A stretch of 32,000 bases of DNA from an archaeon (lineage in GTDB: Archaea > Iainarchaeota > Iainarchaeia > Iainarchaeales > CSSED10-239). A program made the translations under genes and the position numbers. The first letter of the stretch is position 1, and each line of letters opens with the position of its first letter. The notes under the pieces were generated by a model. That model saw only the letters and a list, made by a program, of their open reading frames with translations, had not been told where the DNA came from and made no database searches. Where the stretch lies: contig JBBABY010000003.1 in assembly GCA_041657425.1 (NCBI GenBank), positions 106,952 to 138,951 on the forward strand, written 5' to 3'. Of this stretch, positions 13,840-22,614 are shown in pieces.

Positions 13840-14304
13840 TTAATTTTCATCCGCTTTCGTAACTCCATGCCCAGCAAAGTTTATCTGCGTTTTGTAGTTC
13901 GCATTAACTTGTGCAATAGCATATTCATTCCCGGCTGCTTGTTCATTTAAGAATGTTAATGCATATATACCGGGTTTAAAAAATGCATCATACTTTCCAT
14001 TGGCATCTAGTTCAATGGTTTTATTTTCTCCAACCGGGTTATATAGATTAAGATTATCTTTTTGAATAAGAGCGTTCATTGTTCCCAGATTATATTTTTC
14101 ATCTTTCAGAACAACTTCTTGAATAATAACATCTTTAGTTATTAGTGTATGCCCACACATTGCTTGGATGTATAGAGAGCCGGTTCCATCTCCGTTATTA
14201 ATGACAACAGGAGCATATTTATTTGGATCGGGCATTGCGCCGACCGAACATACTAACGCACTTATAACAACAAGTGTTGCGATTAATATAATTTTAACGC
14301 GCAT
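13840..14304 (-). CDS. secreted protein with a signal peptide, Ig/carboxypeptidase-regulatory-like beta domain
   Basis: N-terminal hydrophobic signal MRVKIILIATLVVISALVCSVGA and a beta-rich remainder (PGIYALTF). Confidence 0.55.
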   Translation of the reverse strand: MRVKIILIATLVVISALVCSVGAMPDPNKYAPVVINNGDGTGSLYIQAMCGHTLITKDVIIQEVVLKDEKYNLGTMNALIQKDNLNLYNPVGENKTIELDANGKYDAFFKPGIYALTFLNEQAAGNEYAIAQVNANYKTQINFAGHGVTKADEN

Positions 14305-14369
14305 AAAAATGTATAGTGTGTTATAGTAGTTAAAGGTTTCTATTACAAAAATGTTGATAAATTATAAAT

Positions 14370-15113
14370 TTATACAAACGATTGAATTATTTGATACCCT
14401 TGACTTACTTCTCCACTGGGAGAATTTGCATTATAAATTATCATAGTAACATACCCCATTTTCGAATCAGATACTATGATATACGCAGATACATGTGTAT
14501 TATCCTTCGAAGAATCAAAAGACATCGACCGCGCGGGGTTTCCATTTATTTTGTAATATGTTGGATCAAATTGAACATTTGTATATCCATCTTTCTCATA
14601 AGAATCAATTAGCGAATTTTCGTCAAGTTCGTCATCGGTAATATATCCCTTATCTAATATGGAAATAAATTGAGAAGATCCAAATATCATTGTACTTATA
14701 TCCACACCTTCTCCTGCTACTATTGTAGATTTTGATGGCGAAATAATATAAATCGCATCTGTTAATTGAAGGTTAGATGTTGACCCATCGGAAGTAGCAG
14801 ACTTCATTTGTGAACCGCTTATGGTTTTTACAGTCCACGAATTTGGATAAAAAAGATGTTTATCACTCCCGGGTATAATTACTTCGCTTGTTCCACGCGA
14901 CGAATATCCAGAAACAGATTTTATTATAGGAGCAGGGGTGGGCACCGTGGGTATTGTAGTTGGATATGAATATAGTAGAGCAGGTTGCCCGATTTCTTTA
15001 ACAGTTACTACAGTTGGTGTAGGAGTATTATTTATACATCCAGCAATACAGATAGCACTAACAAGCAATGCTATAAAAATCATAATGTATTTTGACTTCA
15101 TATAAATTCCCAC
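14370..15113 (-). CDS. secreted or lipobox-like surface protein, 247 aa
   Basis: Signal sequence followed by IAGC, then a Thr/Pro-rich linker (TPTPTVVTV...PTTIPTVPTPAP). Confidence 0.55.
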   Translation of the reverse strand: MGIYMKSKYIMIFIALLVSAICIAGCINNTPTPTVVTVKEIGQPALLYSYPTTIPTVPTPAPIIKSVSGYSSRGTSEVIIPGSDKHLFYPNSWTVKTISGSQMKSATSDGSTSNLQLTDAIYIISPSKSTIVAGEGVDISTMIFGSSQFISILDKGYITDDELDENSLIDSYEKDGYTNVQFDPTYYKINGNPARSMSFDSSKDNTHVSAYIIVSDSKMGYVTMIIYNANSPSGEVSQGYQIIQSFV

Positions 15114-15163
15114 TTTTTATATAAACTCATAATTACTTATACTTTTCGGTTGAAGGTTAAATT

Positions 15164-15385
15164 TTATAGTTTCAACCAAATCCCAGATCTAATAAATCTA
15201 ACGACTTCTCGGTTTTCTTTTAAAAGATTAGTTACGCGCGCTGAATTCAAAGAATAATTCTTATTGAGTTTTGAAAGTTCCATGACCAAGTGATTTGTTT
15301 CGATTTCTTTCCCACTAGTTATTTTATTTAAAAATAATTTTAACCGTTGGCGGAGAGTATCGTTTCCTTTTGTTTTATGATTCAT
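15164..15385 (-). CDS. hypothetical small protein, 73 aa (possibly winged-helix-like)
   Basis: ORF track only; no firm motif. Confidence 0.4.
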   Translation of the reverse strand: MNHKTKGNDTLRQRLKLFLNKITSGKEIETNHLVMELSKLNKNYSLNSARVTNLLKENREVVRFIRSGIWLKL

Positions 15386-15476
15386 CTTATCATATACGTT
15401 TTGAAAGATGATAAAGGTTTTGGTTGGGCGGATTGGAAACCCAATTTACAATTTGTCCTAAAAAATCACCAACAAA

Positions 15477-15641
15477 TTATTTATGACCGCACCCAAGTAA
15501 TTCCAATAACCACGACATTCCAAAGTGACCGATCCAACTAGGAAAATGATCTTTAAACTTATTCACAATGTAAATAGTTAAACCTAATGCCACGCCTTTT
15601 GCAGCAATTATCAACAACGAATTATCCACGACCGCGCGCAT
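15477..15641 (-). CDS. possible small membrane protein, 54 aa (below the ORF-track cutoff)
   Basis: Hand translation: MRAVVDNSLLIIAAKGVALGLTIYIVNKFKDHFPSWIGHFGMSWLLELLGCGHK. Confidence 0.25.
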   Translation of the reverse strand: MRAVVDNSLLIIAAKGVALGLTIYIVNKFKDHFPSWIGHFGMSWLLELLGCGHK

Positions 15642-15755
15642 TATAGGGTTTCCTTCAAACCCAATTCCGGTTGAAAGGCAAATCTCTGGGTTGTGGCAAT
15701 GTCTAGTGCAAAGACTAGAGCGAGTAGGATGCCTAGGGTGAAGTCGGTGGGGTTT

Positions 15756-16130
15756 TTAATAATTAATCCCAACAATCTTTCCCTTCTGCACGTTTGGATA
15801 ACTTGCATATTGCACATTATACGTTTTGTTTATCTGCATTTTAGCCCAGTCGTCTTCATTCTGCACTATATACAAGTCCCCTTTATCATCGATAATTTTT
15901 GGTGGGTCTGTGTAAGTACATTTCATACCTGCTGCTTTGCCGCCACCACATTGTTCTTGATACGAATGGACAGAATATTTTTCTACGATGGTTATATTCA
16001 TTGGTGCTGTGGATGTTGGTGTTGATTGATACATAATTGCGTATGCACCAATCGCTCCACCAATCAATAACACCAGTATTACTAATATTGTTTCGTTTCC
16101 GGATGGCATATTAATTACTCCTCTATACAA
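15756..16130 (-). CDS. membrane-anchored hypothetical protein, 124 aa
   Basis: One N-terminal transmembrane segment (ILVILVLLIGGAIGAYAI); overlaps the upstream ORF 16115-16501. Confidence 0.5.
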   Translation of the reverse strand: MYRGVINMPSGNETILVILVLLIGGAIGAYAIMYQSTPTSTAPMNITIVEKYSVHSYQEQCGGGKAAGMKCTYTDPPKIIDDKGDLYIVQNEDDWAKMQINKTYNVQYASYPNVQKGKIVGINY

Positions 16131-16501
16131 GTATAATTAAAAACCGTGGTTCCAAATCCCCCCAATGCACTATTGGGTTCGCAATCCATCTTACCAACAC
16201 TTTTATTTTCTACAATAACATAAAATCCACCGGTCAACCCGTATCCAATATATGCATCGGGGACAATAGATACAATATGTTTCTCTGGATGATCTGCAAG
16301 ATATTGCGACATACTTGCACCTGCTTCTAGATAATTACATCCAATTTGTGGCGTATATCCAAACGCTTTATGAAAATACAATACCCCATTTCCATAATTT
16401 GTGTATGAAGAATCACACGCGGATACAACTCCACAAAACAGTAGCACTGCTATCAATACCAAAACAACTTTCCAAATCTTCATAATAGTATATTGTCGCA
16501 A
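16115..16501 (-). CDS. secreted hypothetical protein, 128 aa
   Basis: Signal peptide KVVLVLIAVLLFCGVVSAC. Confidence 0.5.
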   Translation of the reverse strand: MRQYTIMKIWKVVLVLIAVLLFCGVVSACDSSYTNYGNGVLYFHKAFGYTPQIGCNYLEAGASMSQYLADHPEKHIVSIVPDAYIGYGLTGGFYVIVENKSVGKMDCEPNSALGGFGTTVFNYTCIEE

Positions 16502-16534
16502 ACCTATAAATACTTTCCGAACACATACTAAATA

Positions 16535-18067
16535 ATGGCGTTTACGATTTTCGAGAAGTTGTTATATTTTATAATGTTTCCAATAGTGGCAGTTGGTTCT
16601 ATACTTTCGCCTCTTACTAATGACGTTCGGATTTTTTACGGAATTGAGGAATTAGGGATAAAATACCTATCATTCCCACAAAATGTTTACGGCGGTTTTT
16701 GGGAAATAAAACCGGTTGGGAATCACATATGTGAATTTCTCATTGCGTTGTTTACTAATATCTTTGTCCCATTCTCAAATCACGCCTTACAGGAACCGAT
16801 AATTAAATGTGTTGCGGTCGCTTTAGTTATTTTTGCATCGTGGTTATTTTCAAAAAATATATTAAAGGTAAAATACTCGTTCCTCCTCTGCTTCTTCGGA
16901 ATGTTCTGCGCGCTCAATTTAAATATTTTACAGGCTGAATTTTTAGCAATTATTTTCGCAATGATTTCATGCGCGCTCTTCGTGGAGAAGAGTAATCTTT
17001 GGCACTATATCGCCGGCGCACTTTTAATTTGGGTATTGTTGGTTAAAGGCACAACGGGGTGCCTTATAGTTTCCGCCGTGTGTATCGTATTGATTTTTAA
17101 TAAACATATAGATTTGATTCGTGGTGTGATTGGTTTCATATTAATGGGTTTGGCATTCCTCGCGGCAGATATTTTTGTATGGCCACAAATTATCCCTGAC
17201 ATTCTCATGGCTCCAATTTTAAGTCACGTGGGTGAATATGATTGGATAGGGCAAATCGGAGTAACCGGTATTGCAACAGTAATCTCGATGAGTATATATA
17301 TTCCCTGTATTGGCATCGGAATTATATACAGTGGCGTGTGGTTAAAAAATCATATTCGCGATCCGCGCGCAAAATGGTTTGTAATTTCATTTTTAGCCCC
17401 GTTATTTGTGGTTTTTTATCAAAGCGAGAGTTTTGCGTACCAGTATTACGTTTTTCTTCTCCCTGCCATCGTCGGTATTGTGCTTTACGAGATAGACACA
17501 CCAAGGGAAAGAGGGATAACTAAAAAAATTAAGCGCGAAAATGTTGTATCCGCATCAATCCTCGTTCTATTCGCAATGTGGTGCATTCTTTATAGTCCAC
17601 AACCAATCTGGGGTCTAGAACAAAATTACGGCGTTCAGGAGTTGAAGATGAACAATTATTTCAATGAAAATGCAAATGCAATTGAAATAAAGTTTAATTT
17701 ATCTAAAGAAAATACACTTTTGTATCTCGATACGGGATCGGCTCCGTACTATTTTTCTACGAATAGTAGTTGCCGCTACGTCGCACCATTAGTTATACAG
17801 AGAATGAATCCAAACCGAACAATTGTAAGTACGTTGCCGGCATACAAAGAAGAATATATGTGTATTATGAACTATTCTAATAGATATATCCTCGCAGATG
17901 GACCTTTGGGGAAAGCGGATGGTTGGTTTGGATTAGATTCCATCGAGAAGAAAAATATTGTAAAAAGGGTAAATGACGAATATACAGAAGTTTTTTCCGG
18001 AGCATGGAGTCTGTACGAACGTAAAAATGAGAGTGAGATATTAAATCTCACTCGATCCATACAGTAG
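16535..18067 (+). CDS. polytopic membrane protein with a C-terminal soluble domain; GT-C-like glycosyltransferase or glycan polymerase candidate
   Basis: At least 10 hydrophobic helices over about 340 aa, then a soluble tail of about 170 aa. No WWDYG motif, so it is not a canonical AglB. The function is inferred from architecture and neighbourhood only. Confidence 0.6.
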   Translation: MAFTIFEKLLYFIMFPIVAVGSILSPLTNDVRIFYGIEELGIKYLSFPQNVYGGFWEIKPVGNHICEFLIALFTNIFVPFSNHALQEPIIKCVAVALVIFASWLFSKNILKVKYSFLLCFFGMFCALNLNILQAEFLAIIFAMISCALFVEKSNLWHYIAGALLIWVLLVKGTTGCLIVSAVCIVLIFNKHIDLIRGVIGFILMGLAFLAADIFVWPQIIPDILMAPILSHVGEYDWIGQIGVTGIATVISMSIYIPCIGIGIIYSGVWLKNHIRDPRAKWFVISFLAPLFVVFYQSESFAYQYYVFLLPAIVGIVLYEIDTPRERGITKKIKRENVVSASILVLFAMWCILYSPQPIWGLEQNYGVQELKMNNYFNENANAIEIKFNLSKENTLLYLDTGSAPYYFSTNSSCRYVAPLVIQRMNPNRTIVSTLPAYKEEYMCIMNYSNRYILADGPLGKADGWFGLDSIEKKNIVKRVNDEYTEVFSGAWSLYERKNESEILNLTRSIQ

Positions 18068-18250
18068 AAAACATTACAATACGCCAGATAACATTACATC
18101 ACAAAACAATACAGAACATGACAACACATCACATCACATTGCATTACAAAATCACTTTATCAAAGTGTGTTACAATATTGTAATTGATAGTATATAAATG
18201 TTTCTATATAAAAATAACAAAAAATATCTAAAATCCCATTTATTCCGTTT

Positions 18251-18871
18251 CTAAAACGCAGCAGGATTGAAGGTCGCATTTGTTACAACCACGCTAACAT
18301 TCTTATCCGGCGCAAATAAACTTTTATCATATTTCACATCGGGGTAAATTCCATTCCAGTATGCCTTTACAAAACTATTAAAGTCGGCTCCATTCACCAC
18401 GTTCAACCCCCACGTATCATTGTAGTAAGACGCGGCTGCAACGACCTCTGTAATGTTAATTCCACTAATATTCCTAACCACCGTCAGATTTTTCATGAAG
18501 ATCGCCGTCCAAGAATCATCCCCCCACATTTCGCATTCATCACTCGTCCGGTTCCTATAAACGCACGACGAATTTTGCCACACTTTAGCAGTATATCCCA
18601 TACCCACGGGTGTAGTTGTTGGTTTGACCCAATAATAGTAGTCGTAACAATAATCCGGATACACCGAGTCTGATCGGTTGAAGCACGCGCCCATATCATT
18701 CGTGGGTGCAGGGCCCGGTATTTCGGTTGGTGTATCTGTAATGGTCACGTATGTCTGTGTGACCGCAACCGGAGTAGGCACATTTTCTACTACGGTTGGT
18801 TGAACGGAGGTGCAACCGGCGGCGAAAATCGTGATTACTAAAATTGTTATATATAAAGTTTTTGGTAACAT
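18251..18871 (-). CDS. lipobox-like surface protein rich in N-X-S/T sequons
   Basis: Signal plus FAAGC, a Thr/Pro/Val linker, and eight N-X-S/T sequons in 206 aa (NSS, NRT, NLT, NIS, NIT, NDT, NVS, NAT). Confidence 0.6.
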   Translation of the reverse strand: MLPKTLYITILVITIFAAGCTSVQPTVVENVPTPVAVTQTYVTITDTPTEIPGPAPTNDMGACFNRSDSVYPDYCYDYYYWVKPTTTPVGMGYTAKVWQNSSCVYRNRTSDECEMWGDDSWTAIFMKNLTVVRNISGINITEVVAAASYYNDTWGLNVVNGADFNSFVKAYWNGIYPDVKYDKSLFAPDKNVSVVVTNATFNPAAF

Positions 18872-19052
18872 TCTCTGTTAATTCTATTTTATAGTATTTA
18901 AAAGTTTCGTGCACTCCAAACATTATAATGCACGATTTTATCTATTTTCGTGCACTTGATAAGAGCATCACACGGATATGAACCGCGAGATGCCCAATTT
19001 TATTGCGAACTCCACCGCAGGTTTCATGTGTATGCGGAACACAAGATGAAGG

Positions 19053-19125
19053 AGTTCGCAGGGGGAGTTGAACCCCCAACCTTCGGATTGCAATCCCGAC
19101 GCACTACCAATTGTGCTATGCGAAC
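19053..19125 (-). tRNA. tRNA, anticodon UGC by loop position (nominally Ala, but lacks G3:U70)
   Basis: Reverse complement reads GTTCGCA-TA-GCAC-AATTGGTA-GTGC-G-TCGGG-ATTGCAA-TCCGA-AGGTT-GGGGG-TTCAACT-CCCCC-TGCGAAC-T. A TATA-like TTTAAAAA is centred near -24. Flanking bases extend the acceptor helix to 10 bp. Confidence 0.7.
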
Positions 19126-19172
19126 TCCAACACATACATTATTGTTTTTAAAGTATATATACTTTTCCAACA

Positions 19173-19445
19173 TTACATTATTTTTAAAAGTTGCTCCTCA
19201 ATAAACTCCTTCATGTGTGGTCTCAAACAACCCGAACAATCCTTCAACCCGTTATTCAGAATAACATAATCGCCACCACACTCATATTCTTCGTATAGCG
19301 GACAAAAACAAAAGAAACAATTTAAATCGCCTTCCACGTTGTGACACTTATGGCAGATGGAATCTGGCTCTTTAAATAGATTATTGGTCGCGCGGATTAT
19401 ACGTCCGATGTGGTAGCGTTTATATTTGTCTAGCATTATTATCAC
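19173..19445 (-). CDS. cysteine-rich small-domain protein, 90 aa
   Basis: CHKCH..x..CFFCFCPLYEEYECGG...CSGCLRPH resembles the archaeal cysteine-rich small (zf-like) domain as I recall it. Confidence 0.5.
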   Translation of the reverse strand: MIIMLDKYKRYHIGRIIRATNNLFKEPDSICHKCHNVEGDLNCFFCFCPLYEEYECGGDYVILNNGLKDCSGCLRPHMKEFIEEQLLKIM

Positions 19446-19508
19446 TAATATATTCTTCTGATTATCACACTGTGGTGATAACCCAACTATTAGATATTAT
19501 CTTACAGT

Positions 19509-19718
19509 TCAAAGATCTCTCCTAACCTTTCCGTCATGTAAAAACCTTTCTTGCGAATCTAAACAACAATATAAAAATGCCTCTACCCTTTTATTAGATT
19601 CTAAATATTCAAAACCATTCTCTTGACATCTATGAAAGCAATCATTTAAAGTATGTCGCTTCTTTGTAATTGGGCAGTCAAATGCTATCTGTTGATTCCA
19701 ATAATCCGCACGAGTCAT
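19509..19718 (-). CDS. hypothetical protein, about 69 aa from the internal Met
   Basis: The ORF track gives 19509-19736. The ATG at 19718 forms an ATGA overlap with the stop of the upstream nucleotidase gene. Confidence 0.45.
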   Translation of the reverse strand: MTRADYWNQQIAFDCPITKKRHTLNDCFHRCQENGFEYLESNKRVEAFLYCCLDSQERFLHDGKVRRDL

Positions 19719-20263
19719 TCTATCCAACCCCCACACTTCCCAATCTCCGTCAATGTAGACAATAACACCCCGTCTTTACATCCAACATTCCACGGACGAA
19801 TCAATCCGTAACCAACAATGCCTGCATTTTTCGCCGCCGTTAGTGTCATAGGGCAATCATCAATAACCACATCGAAAACATCTTTGTCAAACATTTTAGT
19901 TTTATCGTTTGAACATTTAACTTCATCATATGACAAATGGTTAATATCTAACCATTCTTTTAGAATGCCACAGTGGTGCGGTCGCCTATGAGATACAATT
20001 ACCACTTTATAATACATCATCAAATCTCTCAAAAATACGCGCGCATCTTCAAATGGCTCGTATTCCAATTGATGTGAATGCACATTGTTGAAATACTCGT
20101 GCGCTACTTTGCTGGTCATGTACTCGGGATAAAAATAATCCCAAATATTCCATTCTGTGGGTGGTGAAATATTAATTCCATCCTTTATAAACATTTCGTA
20201 TAATGGCGTGGCGAAATCGAAGAGGGTGTTGTCAACATCTACCATAGCACAATATTTTCTCAT
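19715..20263 (-). CDS. HAD-superfamily 5'(3')-deoxyribonucleotidase-like protein (NT5C-like)
   Basis: N-terminal DxDxT motif (MVDVDNTLFDF); size and the C-terminal DD (VVIDDCP) fit the NT5C-type HAD fold. Confidence 0.7.
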   Translation of the reverse strand: MRKYCAMVDVDNTLFDFATPLYEMFIKDGINISPPTEWNIWDYFYPEYMTSKVAHEYFNNVHSHQLEYEPFEDARVFLRDLMMYYKVVIVSHRRPHHCGILKEWLDINHLSYDEVKCSNDKTKMFDKDVFDVVIDDCPMTLTAAKNAGIVGYGLIRPWNVGCKDGVLLSTLTEIGKCGGWIE

Positions 20264-20430
20264 GGCAATATTATATGCGTTTTAACTTTAAATACCTTTC
20301 CTTCTAACCGAAAAGTTTATTAATAAGAACAAACTATCTTTTCATGGAGTGGGTCGGCACTCCTAAAACAAACCGAGGTTAGAAGAAAACCATACCACAC
20401 AACAAATCTCCACAATCGATACAATAGGCG

Positions 20431-20448
20431 GGCAGCGTCCCGCCAACT
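20431..20448 (-). terminator. GC-rich hairpin (GGCGGG-N6-CCCGCC) just downstream of the Cys-rich gene
   Basis: Read directly from the sequence; flanked by T/A-rich runs. A terminator role is inferred. Confidence 0.3.
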
Positions 20449-20461
20449 TTTAGTTTTTATT

Positions 20462-21169
20462 TCATTCTTTACATCCTATGCAATATGCAGAACCGAGTTG
20501 TTCTTCACACATTTTGCACTGCTCTTCAGAATCCATCATATTAGAATTTTGAAGTAATTCTATAGTTTTATAAATCCTACCTTCCAGCGTGTCCGAAACC
20601 CCTTTAATATAAAATCCGCAATCGGCACGATTTTTCATATCACTTAATGCCTTCTCATAACCACAGTGGGTAGATATTATTTCGTGTTTATTTATAATAT
20701 TGGCAAATTTAAAACAATCGCTTTTTGCACCGCATTCGTCTTCACATGGGCAGTCATGAATATTTCCTAAACACGATCTATTAAACGGATTTGCTTCTTT
20801 TTGTATTTCTTTTATGTGATCATTTTCTATTTCTTGATTAAACAAGAACGATTCGGTGCGCGCATCGCGTAATACTTTAAAAGCACAATCTGGACAAACC
20901 CAACCGTCAGATTCGTTTGTTTCCCAATCAAGATGTGTATAAAGTTCTTTACTTTTCTTTCCACACGTGTCACACTCGCACTTACCATCAAATTTGCATT
21001 TAACATATCCGGCGTCAGTTAAACGTATTTCGTTAGCAATACTGTCGAATGTTGGACATTTATTCCTTTCCTCTTCTCTCGCCTTTCTAATAGCATCTTC
21101 ATATTCAACTTGTGAATATCTCGGTCTATTACGATCTGCTTTTCGAATATCCGATAATGCGTCACTCAT
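20462..21169 (-). CDS. hypothetical multi-Cys (zinc-finger-like) protein, 235 aa
   Basis: ORF track; many CxxC/CxC clusters (KCECDTCGKK, VCPDC, DCPCEDECG, CKMCEE, CIGCKE). Confidence 0.55.
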   Translation of the reverse strand: MSDALSDIRKADRNRPRYSQVEYEDAIRKAREEERNKCPTFDSIANEIRLTDAGYVKCKFDGKCECDTCGKKSKELYTHLDWETNESDGWVCPDCAFKVLRDARTESFLFNQEIENDHIKEIQKEANPFNRSCLGNIHDCPCEDECGAKSDCFKFANIINKHEIISTHCGYEKALSDMKNRADCGFYIKGVSDTLEGRIYKTIELLQNSNMMDSEEQCKMCEEQLGSAYCIGCKE

Positions 21170-21306
21170 TTTTTCACCGGCCCATTAAAATCAGTTTCTG
21201 ATTTCCACGCGGTTTCGTCAACTTTGATAACACCATTGATTCTACTTCTTTCTGATATTGGTTGATTATAAACGTAATAATTTTCAAGTTCGTTGATCGT
21301 TATCAT
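21166..21306 (-). CDS. possible small ORF, 46 aa (below the cutoff), ATGA-coupled to the next gene
   Basis: Hand translation: MITINELENYYVYNQPISERSRINGVIKVDETAWKSETDFNGPVKK. Confidence 0.3.
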   Translation of the reverse strand: MITINELENYYVYNQPISERSRINGVIKVDETAWKSETDFNGPVKK

Positions 21307-21309
21307 AGT

Positions 21310-21519
21310 TTATTCCTCTCCTCCTAACTCTGCAAACAAACAATCAATATCCGACCAATCTACAACAGCGTGTTTGCACCCACTTTCGAAATCTTGATAT
21401 GACATTCCTTCTAAACGATCATATACTTCTTTTAAAGTTTTTAATCGTTCAATTCGTCGGATGTGATTTTCTATCGAAGCGTCCATCTGTTTTAAATCAT
21501 CTGCGTCTTTTGGAGTCAT
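21310..21519 (-). CDS. hypothetical protein, 69 aa
   Basis: ORF track; 4-nt overlap with the upstream ORF. Confidence 0.45.
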   Translation of the reverse strand: MTPKDADDLKQMDASIENHIRRIERLKTLKEVYDRLEGMSYQDFESGCKHAVVDWSDIDCLFAELGGEE

Positions 21520-21785
21520 TCCCTCACCCCAGCCAACGCAATATAATTCTCCCCATCATACTTAATCACAAACATACCTGCCTTTCCACCCATAGGCATT
21601 TCGATATCGGATAACGAAAGTAACTCTACTTCTCCAGAAGTTTCCGCGCATACCTTTTCTAATGTCTCGCACAAGAGTTCAAGATTGAACTTTCCAATGC
21701 GCGTGAACTTTTTGCCAGCGTATTTTTCAACACCTTCGATGTATGCGGAGTCTACTATTCCATATGGAGCATTTGGGCAGGTCAT
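21516..21785 (-). CDS. hypothetical protein, 89 aa
   Basis: ORF track; in an operon chain. Confidence 0.45.
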   Translation of the reverse strand: MTCPNAPYGIVDSAYIEGVEKYAGKKFTRIGKFNLELLCETLEKVCAETSGEVELLSLSDIEMPMGGKAGMFVIKYDGENYIALAGVRE

Positions 21786-21786
21786 T

Positions 21787-22614
21787 TCATATCACACTTA
21801 TATTATCCCCATTACTACTTATAACTATCGTCCCACCCAAATCCGTTCTATACACTTTCACCTTTTCCAACCGCGCCAGTGTTTGTTTCGTCGGGTGTCC
21901 GTATTTATTATTCGCTCCAACTTCAATCACCGCATATCTTGGCACGATGGCATTTAAAAATTGCACACTACTCGCCGTTGAACTTCCGTGATGCCCAACC
22001 TTCAAAACATCCGCGCCTAATTCATCGCCACTCGTCACAAGTTTAGTTTCAATCGGGTATCCGGCATCTCCCATTAATAAGAATGTATTTCTACCATACG
22101 TGATTTGTAAAACCACGCTCTGTTCATTCAAATCTTCGGAATCAACATATCCTTTACTGCTCAAAACTTTCACAGACACGTTTGGGTCTAAAACAATAGA
22201 ATCTCCATGACGAACAATCACGTGGTTGGGAATTTTAGTCATCAACGAAGTATAAGTTTTTTCTGTGGAAGTTGATCCGCCATCAATGTATTCAGACGTT
22301 GGAACATTCGTGATAATGTATTCCATACCACCAATATGATCCACATGCGGATGGGTTGCAACCACTGCGTCTAGGTGTGTTACACCAATCTTCTTTAGAT
22401 ACGCAAGTTCCGACACTTCGGAATCCGTTGTGCCTGCATCCACGAGCATTGTTTCACCATTGGGAAATCGGACAAGTTCTGAATCTCCTTGACCAACATC
22501 GATGAAGTGAACAGCAAGATTACCGTTGTTATTTATGGGCGCAGGCACGGTTTGGGTGCAACCGACAATGAGAAGGAATAAAATGCATAGAATAAATGCG
22601 TATTGGAATTTCAT
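21787..22614 (-). CDS. secreted or lipobox MBL-fold hydrolase of the ComEC C-terminal-domain type
   Basis: Signal plus IVGC, then VHFIDVGQGDS and the HxHxDH motif (THPHVDHIGG), and later VGHHGS. This pattern is typical of the ComEC/Rec2 metallo-beta-lactamase domain. Confidence 0.8.
   Translation of the reverse strand: MKFQYAFILCILFLLIVGCTQTVPAPINNNGNLAVHFIDVGQGDSELVRFPNGETMLVDAGTTDSEVSELAYLKKIGVTHLDAVVATHPHVDHIGGMEYIITNVPTSEYIDGGSTSTEKTYTSLMTKIPNHVIVRHGDSIVLDPNVSVKVLSSKGYVDSEDLNEQSVVLQITYGRNTFLLMGDAGYPIETKLVTSGDELGADVLKVGHHGSSTASSVQFLNAIVPRYAVIEVGANNKYGHPTKQTLARLEKVKVYRTDLGGTIVISSNGDNISVI

Noticed and set aside
15693-16025. 110-aa plus-strand ORF, and a GC-richer patch at 15645-15760 with two short hairpins (GGGTTT/AAACCC and CTAGT/ACTAG) ending in GGGGTTTTT.
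   Set aside because: The ORF is antisense to the better-supported 15756-16130 gene. The hairpin patch could be a small RNA, but the stems are short and I could find no defining motif, so it is not reported as a feature.
18950-19204. 84-aa plus-strand ORF.
   Set aside because: It reads straight through the minus-strand tRNA(UGC) gene and its promoter.
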